A DNA stretch of 64,000 nucleotides from positions 246,973 to 310,972 of the forward strand of contig CAZXMM010000001.1 of the NCBI GenBank assembly GCA_964641255.1, written 5' to 3'. This document shows, piece after piece, positions 1 through 9,357 of this stretch (positions within the stretch are counted from its first letter, which is position 1; every line of letters begins with the position of its first letter). This stretch comes from an uncultured Gammaproteobacteria bacterium. GTDB taxonomy: Bacteria > Patescibacteriota > Microgenomatia > JAMCZE01. The notes below the pieces were generated by a model that searched no databases, had not been told where the DNA came from, and saw only the letters and a list, made by a program, of their open reading frames with translations. The translations under genes were made by a program, and so were the position numbers.

Positions 1-1266
1 AAGTGTTGGGTTTGTTTGCCACGCGTCTCGCAGTTGAGTTTTATTAGTTCCTCCAGAATATTTTGGGAAATAGTCCCATTGCATAAATACTGTAGACAAA
101 ATATGAGTTCCGATACTGGCCAAAAAAAAGATAAAGAAAGTAAATTTGAAGAGTTGGTTTTTAGAAAACCGAATATACACAATTGACAGATATATTATAA
201 AAATTGGCAACGCTTCCAAAAGGTAGCGAGCCTCTAAAGAAGTCCCCCCTACCCAGTAGTGCCAAGTGCTAGCCAGAAGAATAAACAGTCCAAGGGTGCT
301 AAGTAAACTCAAGCTTAGCTGCTTTTCGCTCGGTGAAATTTTGTCGCGAATAGTAAACATTAGTAAGGTTAACAGAAGGATTGGACTGAAAGTAAAAAGA
401 CCCACATTAGGGCTGATAAACAGAGAAATAAACGCCAAGAAAACGTGTGGCCCCAGTCTTTGGATAGATAGAATTATTTCCTCGTGATAACCAAATGGGA
501 TATCAAAAAACCTGAATGTGAGGAAAAAAGGAACATAAGTTAGTAATATTCCAATTGCAAAAAGGGTGGCTTTACTGGTAAAGTTTTTGGATTTTTTTGT
601 TTCTAAGTATAAGTAAATTAACCCAAATGCTCCGTAAAAAATATTGGTCATTCGTATTTGGGCCAATACTCCTAATACTAATCCGCTGATCAAAACCGAG
701 CGCTTGGTTTTTTCTTTGAGAAAAACCCAGAGGAAAAGATTAATAAAAAATACAGAAATGGCGTGTTGCCAATTTGCCTGAGCGGCTGTACTCAAAATAC
801 TTGTAGCGAAAAGATAAACACAGGTAAGGAGTGTGGAGATCGAGCGGCTTTTAGTGAGCTTTAAAATTGAGAAAAATAACAATACCCCAGAAAATGAAGC
901 ATAAAATGCTGCATTTATTTTTCCCACGTATTGAGAGTAATTACTAAAAACCATCGCGTTATCACTAATCTGGGCAACTCCAAAGTAAGCATTTAGGACA
1001 ACGAATAGGGGAACTGAAATGATACCCAAAAGTGGTGACATCTTGGAAAATGCCTGACCAGAGGAGTTGTAAACCAGAATCCCAGAAATGTGGCGCTCGT
1101 TTATGAAATCTCTAAGATTGGTTAAATCTAATCGTTGGTTAAAAATAAGATTGAGAGCGGTGAGATTGGTGGGATAAGAATCAACCGTATCGAAATAGCG
1201 AACCGAAAAGGTAAAGATAAAGAAGGACAAGAAAAATAGGCAACAGGAAATAAGAAAGTTTTTCAT
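1..1266 (-). CDS. Polytopic membrane protein, probable GT-C-fold glycosyltransferase (partial, runs off the left edge)
   Basis: Not in the ORF track. ATG at 1266-1264 overlaps the TGA of the upstream gene (TGATG). Translation begins MKNFLISCCLFFLSFFIFTFSVRYFDTVDSYPTNLTALNL and is very hydrophobic. I did not check the frame codon by codon. Confidence 0.6.
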   Translation of the reverse strand, partial: MKNFLISCCLFFLSFFIFTFSVRYFDTVDSYPTNLTALNLIFNQRLDLTNLRDFINERHISGILVYNSSGQAFSKMSPLLGIISVPLFVVLNAYFGVAQISDNAMVFSNYSQYVGKINAAFYASFSGVLLFFSILKLTKSRSISTLLTCVYLFATSILSTAAQANWQHAISVFFINLFLWVFLKEKTKRSVLISGLVLGVLAQIRMTNIFYGAFGLIYLYLETKKSKNFTSKATLFAIGILLTYVPFFLTFRFFDIPFGYHEEIILSIQRLGPHVFLAFISLFISPNVGLFTFSPILLLTLLMFTIRDKISPSEKQLSLSLLSTLGLFILLASTWHYWVGGTSLEARYLLEALPIFIIYLSIVYIRFSKNQLFKFTFFIFFLASIGTHILSTVFMQWDYFPKYSGGTNKTQLRDAWQTNPTL

Positions 1267-2102
1267 CAGTTGCTAAAATTATCCAGTTTAAAAAGTAATT
1301 TGGTGAACAAGCTTTGGTGCCAAATAAAACCCGGCGGATAATTGATCTCTTTTCCTCCCCACCTTAATTTAAATTCCGTAAATCCTTTCCAGTCTTTTCT
1401 AAGCCTTGGATACCGTTCATCATAAACTCCCTCAAAGTCAAGAAATGTGTACCCATTTTTCTTGAGAACTTTTATTGCGTCGCCCAGACACTGATATGCT
1501 GCCCACTTCTTTCTCCCCTCGGGTGTCGAGAAAGCATAAAAGTAGTGCGCGGTCTTTTTAAAGCCAGTAATCAAAATTCCTGAGACGATACGGTCTTTAT
1601 CATAAGTGAGGAAAATAAAGCTATCGTTACCAAAGGCACTATAAAGGCCACGTATGTCATTGCCCAGTGGCGCCCAAAACTTTCTAGTCCTCGCGTTTTG
1701 TTCCCAATACTGAATAAAAGTTTCAATATCACTTGAGACTGCAGTGCGAAGATTGTATTTCCTTGCCCTTTGAACACTAGTGGGGATGTGCGGCTTTTTA
1801 AGATCTAGAATGAGTGTCTTTGTGGGCAGAAGCGGCCACAGATCGGCAGACCATGGGAGAGCAATACTTTTAGCATTATTTGCTAAGTCTGGTTCGAGTT
1901 TCACAAACAAGGCACGATACTTTTTTGCCATCGCTCTAACACTCTTTTGATCAAGGCTGCTACAGCGTTGTACTTTTATGACACTAAGAAAAGAAAGCAG
2001 GGGGAGTGGTTTAATAAAAACATTAGTAGATCCGATCCTTTCCACCTTCCAACCGATTTGTTCCATGAATTTTGCATACTGTGGAGATTGGCGAATGTCC
2101 AT
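1266..2102 (-). CDS. FemABX-family (GNAT-fold) peptidoglycan peptidyltransferase, short form
   Basis: Q..Y..F N-terminus, FVKLEP, LDFEG and GFTEFKLRWGG are typical of the FemABX family. Confidence 0.8.
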   Translation of the reverse strand: MDIRQSPQYAKFMEQIGWKVERIGSTNVFIKPLPLLSFLSVIKVQRCSSLDQKSVRAMAKKYRALFVKLEPDLANNAKSIALPWSADLWPLLPTKTLILDLKKPHIPTSVQRARKYNLRTAVSSDIETFIQYWEQNARTRKFWAPLGNDIRGLYSAFGNDSFIFLTYDKDRIVSGILITGFKKTAHYFYAFSTPEGRKKWAAYQCLGDAIKVLKKNGYTFLDFEGVYDERYPRLRKDWKGFTEFKLRWGGKEINYPPGFIWHQSLFTKLLFKLDNFSN

Positions 2103-2103
2103 T

Positions 2104-3108
2104 TTAGATATGAATCATTCTCTTAAGTTTAAGAAGCTGCCAACGAAGAGCGTTGCCCATGACAAATAGAGGATAGAGTGGGGAAAGAGGGATATCAATA
2201 GTTACGGGATAGTGAATTTCTTCTCCGCCAAAGCCCTGTTTCACACGGTAGACTCCCCACCACGGGTCACTTTCACTGGGGGTTTCTTTATAGCTACTCC
2301 AGAGATCAAATATTTCACAATCTAGTTTTTTCCCCAGCCTCATGGTTGCAAAATAGAGCAGTTGTGGTGCCATATAAGACCTAAAGGACATATCAAAGCC
2401 GGCGTAGGCATAATAAATAGTGTTTTTGAATTTCAGTAGCATGGCTCCGGCAATTGGCTTGTCTTTGTTTTCCGGGATGTAGGCATTTAATAAATACACT
2501 TGATGAGCAGGACGCAGTGTGTCCCAAAGCGTGGTGTAATAGTTTCTTGAGTGGGCATAGAATCCTTGCCGAGCCTCAGAAGCTTCTAAAAGAATAACAA
2601 ACTTTTCGACTGCTTCTTTTGAGCTCTCCTCCTTAACGATGACCCCTTTTTTAGTAGCTAGTCTGACGTTATAGCGAGTTTTTTCGTGCATTTGTTTAAG
2701 GAGTTCTTCCTCGCTCTTAGTTAAATCAATGACGATTGTATGGCGAGGTAATAACGGAATTACCTCTTGTGCGCCGGGCAGGGTTAGGGGGTTTGTTTTA
2801 GTAAAGTCGGGTTCAATTTGTAAAAAAAGCGCCCTCTCGGCTTTACATACCGCAACAATTTCTCGCAGCTCCCCAGGAGTAGGAAGCGGACTCCTGGGAA
2901 GATACGCAATCGTAAAACTAACTTTGGGGAGTTTGTGAATAGTGATTTGGAAAGCACGTTTACTATTTCCCATCCGGATGACTTTTTTGACGGAGGGAGT
3001 TTTACTGCGAAACTCTCCCCACTGCCACGATTGAGTAATGTGGTGAGACAGAGTGTTGTAATGGTCTTTGTTTTCAAGATGGGAAAGCGTAGGTGTAACT
3101 TTTGGCAT
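2104..3108 (-). CDS. FemABX-family lipid II aminoacyl transferase
   Basis: QSWQWGEFR, IDLTKSEEELLKQMHEKTRYNVRLA.KKGV and GVYRVKQGFGG. Start placed at ATG 3108, 6 nt after TATAAT. Confidence 0.88.
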   Translation of the reverse strand: MPKVTPTLSHLENKDHYNTLSHHITQSWQWGEFRSKTPSVKKVIRMGNSKRAFQITIHKLPKVSFTIAYLPRSPLPTPGELREIVAVCKAERALFLQIEPDFTKTNPLTLPGAQEVIPLLPRHTIVIDLTKSEEELLKQMHEKTRYNVRLATKKGVIVKEESSKEAVEKFVILLEASEARQGFYAHSRNYYTTLWDTLRPAHQVYLLNAYIPENKDKPIAGAMLLKFKNTIYYAYAGFDMSFRSYMAPQLLYFATMRLGKKLDCEIFDLWSSYKETPSESDPWWGVYRVKQGFGGEEIHYPVTIDIPLSPLYPLFVMGNALRWQLLKLKRMIHI

Positions 3109-3191
3109 ACCTATATTATATATGTTTACAAAGACGAGTTTGTGAAATGGACGTTTTTTAAAAACCAAAGCTAATTTGCGTGAAAGGATGA

Positions 3192-3220
3192 TTGCAGGGC
3201 CAAAGCAGTTGTGCTAGTCT
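3192..3220 (+). promoter_or_regulatory. Sigma70-type promoter, near-leaderless
   Basis: TTGCAG-17 nt-TAGTCT with a TGn extension, 8 nt before ATG 3229. Confidence 0.55.
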
Positions 3221-3228
3221 GATAGGTA

Positions 3229-5571
3229 ATGAGCCTGCAGGATCTTGTGTCATCCGTTGCGGGAAAGTTTACTGCCCAGAAAAACACAGGCCGTGGCTAT
3301 TTAGCAGTTAAAATTTCCTCAACTTCAGTTTTATCAACGACATGGTCGGTGGCAGCTGGTGATGTTAAACTGGGGGCAGTAGCTTATGCTGCTCTAACCG
3401 ATGGTTCCTTTGAAAACCTTCTCCAAACGAGCGACAAAGCTGTCTCTGAATCCCTCTCTAATTCTAGTGTCGAAATTAGTCAGGTCGTGTTTGCGGTGCC
3501 TTTTCACTGGATTAGTGAAGGGAAAATTAGCTCAGTAAAGCTCAAGGATCTTAGGGCAATTTGTAAAGAGCTTGATCTTGTCCCCCTTGGGTATGTTTCT
3601 CTAACCGAGGCACTAGAGAGCTACTATAAAGAAGTAGAAGGGGCGCCGTTAACTGCTATTCTCGTAGGTATTGAGGGGCAAAATTCAACGCTGACAATTT
3701 ACCGAGCGGGTAAGCATTTGGGTACACATTTTTTGGGACTCACTGATTACCACGAGGATGTCTTACCGGAAGGCATTGAACGGGCTCTTAAAAAACTAAA
3801 TGTGGGAGATATTCTTCCCTCTCGGATCATTCTTTATGATGGAAAATCGGATCTAACAGCGGCTGTGGCAAAGGTAACTGCCTATCCTTGGACAGCTAAA
3901 CTACCGTTTCTACATTTTCCTAAGGTAGAAACGGCCTCAGCAGAATTTGTAGTTAAAGCTGTGGCTGTAGCAGGTGCCATGCAGCAGGGGGGAAGGTTTG
4001 TAGCTTTTGATCGAGATGGGGAATCGACTGTTGTTGATGTCCCTGTGGTTTCTGACACACCCCCTGTGGCCGCCAGTGCCTTTGAATCAGTAGAAGTTCC
4101 CTCCTTAAAACAAGTGCTTAAAGAACAGGAAGATGAACTGCTGGAAGTGTCTCCGGAGGAAGCGGGGTTTATGTCAGGTAGCGATCTTAATAATGTTATT
4201 GTTTCAGTCGCTTCACCGACTCCTCTGGCGACGACCTCTAGTTTTACTGAGTTTGCCCCACCGACCCCGAGTCCTAAGATTGCTGGGGAATATACAGCTA
4301 GTAATCATAAAGGAGGATTAAATCTTATGACGAGCTTGAGTGGACTTACCAAAAAAATACCATCATTCTCATTTAAAAAGAAAGCTCTCGACTCCGGAGC
4401 ACGAACGACGCCAGAGATTGGTGGTATCTCTAAGGGTAGAAAGTTCCCCCTCATTGCTTTCCCTATTATTTTTGTTGTGCTGCTCATCGGAGCTACCGGA
4501 GCTCTTGCATACTTTGTACCAAAAGCGGAAATTTTTGTCACTGTGGCGACCGAAAGCTTCTCTCATGATCTTGATGTTACAGTAGTTACGGATCGCGATT
4601 CTACATCTTCTGGCCAGATTCTATTGGGTAGTTACGTGACTACCAGCGAGGTCGGTAGTCGAAGAGCAGTAGCGACGGGAAACAAGCTGGTCGGTGATAG
4701 AGCTAAAGGCACTGTTACGATCTATAATTCAGCGTCGGCTCGGACTTTTCCGGCAGGAACAGTCCTGACGGGCAACGGTTTAAAATTTACTACTGATACC
4801 GAAGTAAGTGTAGCTTCCAGTTCTGGCATTGCTGACCAGATTACGGTGAAAGTGGGGGTGACCGCTGCTGATATTGGCGAAAAATACAATCTTCCCCCAG
4901 GAGTAACGTTCTCGGTTGGTTCCTTACCAACGAGTTCTTATCAAGGGAAAAATGAAGCGGCGTTAGCTGGGGGAAATAGTCACCAGGCAACTGTAGTTAC
5001 TAAAGGGGATCAGGATAGACTTCTTACTACCCTTTCGGGGGAACTGACGGAGCAAGCGCAAAAAGCTCTGGAAGCGAAGCTAGGGGCTAGCGATACCCTT
5101 CTTCCCAAAGCTATTACATCAGCGACAATCAAGAAGAAATTCACTCATGATATTGATGCCGAAGCAGATACCTTTGGTCTTGATTTGACTCTCGACTTTA
5201 AAGGGGTAACCTTTGCTAAGGACGATCTAGTCGAGCTCTTTAAACAAAATTTTCAATCAGCTATTGCAGAAGGGTTTGAACTCTCGAGCGACTCTGTCCA
5301 GTTTGAAGTCAAAGAAGCAAAAACTGACAAAGCCGGGAATATTGTTCTTAAGGTGCATCTTGATGGACAAATTGTCCCCAAGATCGCGGTTGAGCAAATT
5401 GTGACTGATTCTGCAGGAAAAAGCCTGGGCCAGGCAACTAGCTCCATTGCCAAGCTTCCTGGAGTAACTGGAGTTAGAGTAGAAATCAATCCTAAGATCG
5501 CCTCCCCCCTCGCCACTTTTGCGCTTCCCTGGAATAAAAAACACATTTCGGTAGATATTGTCAGAGAATAA
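3229..5571 (+). CDS. Bitopic membrane protein: cytoplasmic alpha/beta domain (possibly FtsA/PilM-like), low-complexity linker, TM helix, external baseplate J/gp47-like domain
   Basis: One hydrophobic segment (FPLIAFPIIFVVLLIGATGALAYFVP), then ATG.K.VG.RAKGTVTIYN, FPAGTVL, V.A...GEKYN and ..GG motifs typical of baseplate-J-like CPR/Chloroflexi proteins. Confidence 0.65.
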   Translation: MSLQDLVSSVAGKFTAQKNTGRGYLAVKISSTSVLSTTWSVAAGDVKLGAVAYAALTDGSFENLLQTSDKAVSESLSNSSVEISQVVFAVPFHWISEGKISSVKLKDLRAICKELDLVPLGYVSLTEALESYYKEVEGAPLTAILVGIEGQNSTLTIYRAGKHLGTHFLGLTDYHEDVLPEGIERALKKLNVGDILPSRIILYDGKSDLTAAVAKVTAYPWTAKLPFLHFPKVETASAEFVVKAVAVAGAMQQGGRFVAFDRDGESTVVDVPVVSDTPPVAASAFESVEVPSLKQVLKEQEDELLEVSPEEAGFMSGSDLNNVIVSVASPTPLATTSSFTEFAPPTPSPKIAGEYTASNHKGGLNLMTSLSGLTKKIPSFSFKKKALDSGARTTPEIGGISKGRKFPLIAFPIIFVVLLIGATGALAYFVPKAEIFVTVATESFSHDLDVTVVTDRDSTSSGQILLGSYVTTSEVGSRRAVATGNKLVGDRAKGTVTIYNSASARTFPAGTVLTGNGLKFTTDTEVSVASSSGIADQITVKVGVTAADIGEKYNLPPGVTFSVGSLPTSSYQGKNEAALAGGNSHQATVVTKGDQDRLLTTLSGELTEQAQKALEAKLGASDTLLPKAITSATIKKKFTHDIDAEADTFGLDLTLDFKGVTFAKDDLVELFKQNFQSAIAEGFELSSDSVQFEVKEAKTDKAGNIVLKVHLDGQIVPKIAVEQIVTDSAGKSLGQATSSIAKLPGVTGVRVEINPKIASPLATFALPWNKKHISVDIVRE

Positions 5572-5572
5572 T

Positions 5573-6343
5573 ATGGCGCTCTATGTTTATGTTAAGGGCC
5601 AACCCGGCAAATTTAAATTAAAGGCTCCCAAGAGAGTCTCGGCTCGTTCGCGCAAAGTCATGCGTCTTATTTCAGGAACCTGTTTAACACTAGGGCTTCT
5701 TATTGTGGCCCAGGTTGTTTATCCTATTGTGGGTTGGTATCTCTTTGTAGTTCCAAGTGTTGGTTCGGGAATCACTTCGCCTTTGGCGACTACTTTTAGG
5801 CCAGAAACCTCTCCACTTTTCCCAACTTTAGTACGGGCATCAGAGACTCTAGCTGGCGAAACCAATGCGACTCTTTATCAGCCCTCAAGTTGGTTTGTGG
5901 GGACTAAGGTGGTTAAAGCGGTTAATACGTCTCTTAAAGATTACACACTCAGTATTCCCAGGCTAAAGATTAAAGATGCCCATGTGGTAAATGGGGGTGA
6001 AGATCTAAAAAAGAATCTTATCGCTTGGCCAACCTCAGTTATTCCTGGAGCTTACGGTAGCATTATCATCTTTGGTCATTCTTCTCTTCCCCAGCTTAGC
6101 AATCCCGCTAGTTACTCCAGTATGTTTACTCATTTAATGTCTCTTGAAGAAGATGACGAGATTATAGTCAATTATGATGGGCTAACTTATATCTATCGAG
6201 TTGTAGACAAAAAGATCGTAAGTCCTACGGATTTATCCGTACTGGAACAACGTTTTGACGCGCCCTATATTGAACTGATTACGTGCGAACCTCCTGGGAC
6301 TGTTTGGATGAGAGGTGTAGTAAGAGCCCGACTTGTAGACTAA
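5573..6343 (+). CDS. Sortase
   Basis: N-terminal TM and catalytic triad pattern GHSS, LITCEPPG, R.VVRA. Confidence 0.88.
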   Translation: MALYVYVKGQPGKFKLKAPKRVSARSRKVMRLISGTCLTLGLLIVAQVVYPIVGWYLFVVPSVGSGITSPLATTFRPETSPLFPTLVRASETLAGETNATLYQPSSWFVGTKVVKAVNTSLKDYTLSIPRLKIKDAHVVNGGEDLKKNLIAWPTSVIPGAYGSIIIFGHSSLPQLSNPASYSSMFTHLMSLEEDDEIIVNYDGLTYIYRVVDKKIVSPTDLSVLEQRFDAPYIELITCEPPGTVWMRGVVRARLVD

Positions 6344-6345
6344 GT

Positions 6346-6708
6346 ATGATTGTTGGTGTTGATTATGGTCTTAAGCATATAGGACTCGCAACTTCGGAAG
6401 GAGACTTTGCGAGCCCATTAACTGAGTTTGATACTGACACACCAGGGGGAGCAATTACAAAAATTAAAGCAGTGACCCAAGCTTTAGATGTGGAAAAATT
6501 CGTTGTGGGAATTTCCGAAGGAAAAAGCAAGGATCAAGCGCAAAGCTTCGGAAAAACACTTTCCAATATGCTACAATTACCAGTAGAGTTTGTAGATGAA
6601 ACGCTAACAACTTTTGAGGCGGAACGCACTCACAATCGGCGCCAAAACGAAAGTGGGTCACACGCCAGAGCAGCAGCTTTCATCCTGCAACGTTATTTAG
6701 ACAAGTAA
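6346..6708 (+). CDS. ruvX: RuvX/YqgF pre-16S rRNA maturation nuclease
   Basis: GVDYG.K.IGLA, VDE.LTT.EA and AA.FILQ.YL. Real start is ATG 6346. Confidence 0.9.
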   Translation: MIVGVDYGLKHIGLATSEGDFASPLTEFDTDTPGGAITKIKAVTQALDVEKFVVGISEGKSKDQAQSFGKTLSNMLQLPVEFVDETLTTFEAERTHNRRQNESGSHARAAAFILQRYLDK

Positions 6709-6715
6709 AGCTAGC

Positions 6716-6901
6716 ATGGCAATTTTTAAACAAGTTATTTCCCCTTTGCAGGCCTGGTTACTTTCCCAAGGGAAATGTGTGGGGTGTGGTATGTCTCTGT
6801 CCAAGGGGATAAAATCAGAAAACAAAGTAACCTGTAAATGTGGTCGAATTTATATTGCCGAGGGACAGTCGTTCAGACGGGCTAGGTTTGAGGAGGTATG
6901 A
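6716..6901 (+). CDS. Small zinc-ribbon protein (61 aa)
   Basis: CVGC...CKCGRIY. Fills the gap between ruvX and mltG and overlaps mltG by ATGA. Confidence 0.7.
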   Translation: MAIFKQVISPLQAWLLSQGKCVGCGMSLSKGIKSENKVTCKCGRIYIAEGQSFRRARFEEV

Positions 6902-7872
6902 AGCTCCGCCCGATAGTTTTCGTAATCGGTGTCGTTATTGTGTTTTGTGGCATAAGTTTGTTGTGGTGGCGTCTTAGTCTGGCTCCGGCTAATGAACGAG
7001 ACACCAAAACAGTAAATTTTTCAGTTGACCGGGGCGATGGGGTTAGAGAAATTGCCAATAAACTTCACGAGGCCGGGTTAATTAAAGATTCTGTAGGTTT
7101 TTTTCTTCTGGTCAAAAAATTGGGAATTGAAAAGAATATTCAAGCTGGGGATTTCCAGCTCTCTCCCTCTTGGGGAGCTAATGATATTGCTCGTGCCTTA
7201 ACAATTGGAACTGAGGACTTGTGGATTACTATTCCAGAAGGCTTACGAAGCGAAGAAATCTTAGCATACCTGCAAAAAACCAATCCTGACCAATGGGAAA
7301 GTACCCTTAGTACCCAAATGGCTTGGAAAAAAGATGAGGGGAGATTGTTCCCAGAAACGTACCGGGTTCCAGCAGGGCACACCCTTGATGAAATTCGAGA
7401 GCTCTTGGTTACGACTTTTGATAAGAGTGTGTCTGAACAAATGAGGACGGACGCCCAAAAAGGTGGTTTCACACTTAAAGACCGTCTGATTGTTGCCTCC
7501 CTTATTGAGCGTGAAGTTAAACACGCTGAGGATCGACCCATTGTAGCGGGGATAATATATAACCGGCTTAAAGAAGATATGCGCCTAGATATTGACGCGA
7601 CGGTTCAGTATGCAATAGGAAATTCTCAGAATGGCTGGTGGAAAAAAAATCTCACTCAGCAGGATTTAGAAGTTGATTCCCCTTACAATACGCGTTTACA
7701 CGGAGGACTACCGCCTACACCGATTTGTAATCCTGGGGTAGCTTCCATTCGGGCGGCTATTTATCCCGCCGAAACAGACTTTCTCTATTATGTTTCCGAT
7801 GCTAACGGGGTTAACCATTATGCCAAAACTCTGGAGGAACACAACAGAAATGTTGCTAAATACCTAAGATAG
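6898..7872 (+). CDS. mltG: Endolytic transglycosylase MltG
   Basis: TIPEGL, EG.LFPETY, ASLIERE, SPYNTR...GLPPTPICNPG, YLYYV-like segment. Confidence 0.95.
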   Translation: MKLRPIVFVIGVVIVFCGISLLWWRLSLAPANERDTKTVNFSVDRGDGVREIANKLHEAGLIKDSVGFFLLVKKLGIEKNIQAGDFQLSPSWGANDIARALTIGTEDLWITIPEGLRSEEILAYLQKTNPDQWESTLSTQMAWKKDEGRLFPETYRVPAGHTLDEIRELLVTTFDKSVSEQMRTDAQKGGFTLKDRLIVASLIEREVKHAEDRPIVAGIIYNRLKEDMRLDIDATVQYAIGNSQNGWWKKNLTQQDLEVDSPYNTRLHGGLPPTPICNPGVASIRAAIYPAETDFLYYVSDANGVNHYAKTLEEHNRNVAKYLR

Positions 7873-7896
7873 TAGCTAAGTACACAAGGTTGATAA

Positions 7897-9357
7897 ATGA
7901 CTGTTTTTAGGTGCAAAAAACTTGGAAGTTTACTTATTCTGGTTTTAATTATTCTCCTTGGGGCTATCCTTAGACTTTACCGCCTTCCGGAACTGTCAAC
8001 ATTTCGGAGCGATCAGGTAATTGAGCTCACTAGTACTGCAGATATTCTACGGGGTGATTTCACCCTGATTGGGATTAAAACCTCCAACTCAGAAGTAAGA
8101 AATGGAGCAGTGATGTACTACCTGATGGCCCCATTTCTTTTAGCCATGAAGTTTAGCCCACTTGCGGGAGCTCTGGTTCAGATACTGTTGTCGCTGGGAA
8201 CTATCGTCCTAGTGTATGCCACTGCCAAAAAGTTCTTCGTTTCTCATCTTGCTCTCCTTGCCGCTTTTTCCATTGCTACTTCATCACTTCTTGTCCAGTT
8301 TTCAAGGCAAACACTTCTTGCTTATTATCCCTTATTTTTTAGCGCGCTTTTTTTGTGTTTTGCGTTAAAGGTCATTAAAAAAAGCAGTTTACTGACGGTT
8401 GGAATCTTGGGGACACTTTGTGGATTCTCATTACAAGTCCACTATGCCACCCTGGCTCTTTTTGTTTGTGCACTGTTCCTTCCTGCTTTGTTTAAAGCAG
8501 AAAGCCTTAAAGAAACTTTTATCTATTGGGGGAGTCTATTTTTGGGCCTTTTCTTAGGACTAGCACCGATGCTTTTATTTGAAATTCGCAATGAGTTTTT
8601 TAATTCCAAGATGCTGTGGAACTATGTGACTGAATCAGGAGGGGGTCACGAGGGGTTTAACCTGCTTAACTATCTCGTTAATTCTCTGGCTCAATACTTC
8701 TTTGGGGGCTCAGTGATTCTTACCTGTGTTGCAATTATAGTTTTAGTCTATACATTAATGAGGGTACGAAAGAGCTTGGGAACGTTAGAAAAACTTTGTC
8801 TACTTCAGCTCGGCTGTGTTTTCCTTTTTATTATCTTTCTGGTTCACGAAGATATCCCGCACTATCTATTACCAGCCGTCCCCAGTTTGGTGCTCCTAAC
8901 TGGGAGAATATTAGCCAAAACTAAAAATCCCATGCTAAGTAAATTTCTCGCCGTTGGTCTCGCTGTGGTATTTTTTCTTATTAATATTCCTCACTACCGT
9001 TTAGCCGACAGTCACGGCTGGACTATGGCTGAGGGGTGGAATCTAGTAGGAGTGGAGAAAGCGGCAAGAATTATTGCTAGTGATCTTACCGGCGACCCAT
9101 TTAATGTGGCCATGATTGTTGATCAAGAAAATCAAGGACTGCCCCTGCGCTATTTTTTGCACGTTTGGGGGTATAGTCCTCTTCCCGTTGAGTCCTATGA
9201 CAAGGCGCATTATCTTTATGTTCTTGCTGAGCCGGGGACAGTTCTTTCCCAGGTTACGATGTGGGAAGTAACTGCCTTTGGGTCGTATGAAGTGAGTAAA
9301 AGTTGGCCCATTCAAAACGGCTTTATCCTTTATAAACTTGAAAAAGCAGATGACTAG
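7897..9357 (+). CDS. ArnT/PMT-like (GT39/GT83) membrane glycosyltransferase
   Basis: LRLYRL...F.SDQ, many TM helices, LQVHY, P.LLFE.RN.F.N. Confidence 0.75.
   Translation: MTVFRCKKLGSLLILVLIILLGAILRLYRLPELSTFRSDQVIELTSTADILRGDFTLIGIKTSNSEVRNGAVMYYLMAPFLLAMKFSPLAGALVQILLSLGTIVLVYATAKKFFVSHLALLAAFSIATSSLLVQFSRQTLLAYYPLFFSALFLCFALKVIKKSSLLTVGILGTLCGFSLQVHYATLALFVCALFLPALFKAESLKETFIYWGSLFLGLFLGLAPMLLFEIRNEFFNSKMLWNYVTESGGGHEGFNLLNYLVNSLAQYFFGGSVILTCVAIIVLVYTLMRVRKSLGTLEKLCLLQLGCVFLFIIFLVHEDIPHYLLPAVPSLVLLTGRILAKTKNPMLSKFLAVGLAVVFFLINIPHYRLADSHGWTMAEGWNLVGVEKAARIIASDLTGDPFNVAMIVDQENQGLPLRYFLHVWGYSPLPVESYDKAHYLYVLAEPGTVLSQVTMWEVTAFGSYEVSKSWPIQNGFILYKLEKADD

Noticed and set aside
3229-5571. Prophage or contractile injection system suggested by the baseplate-J-like domain
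   Set aside because: No sheath, tube, capsid, terminase or integrase genes nearby; the protein is membrane-anchored and lies among housekeeping genes.
5440-5571. LPGVTG near the C-terminus as a sortase sorting signal
   Set aside because: It is not LPxTG spacing and is not followed by a hydrophobic helix and basic tail.
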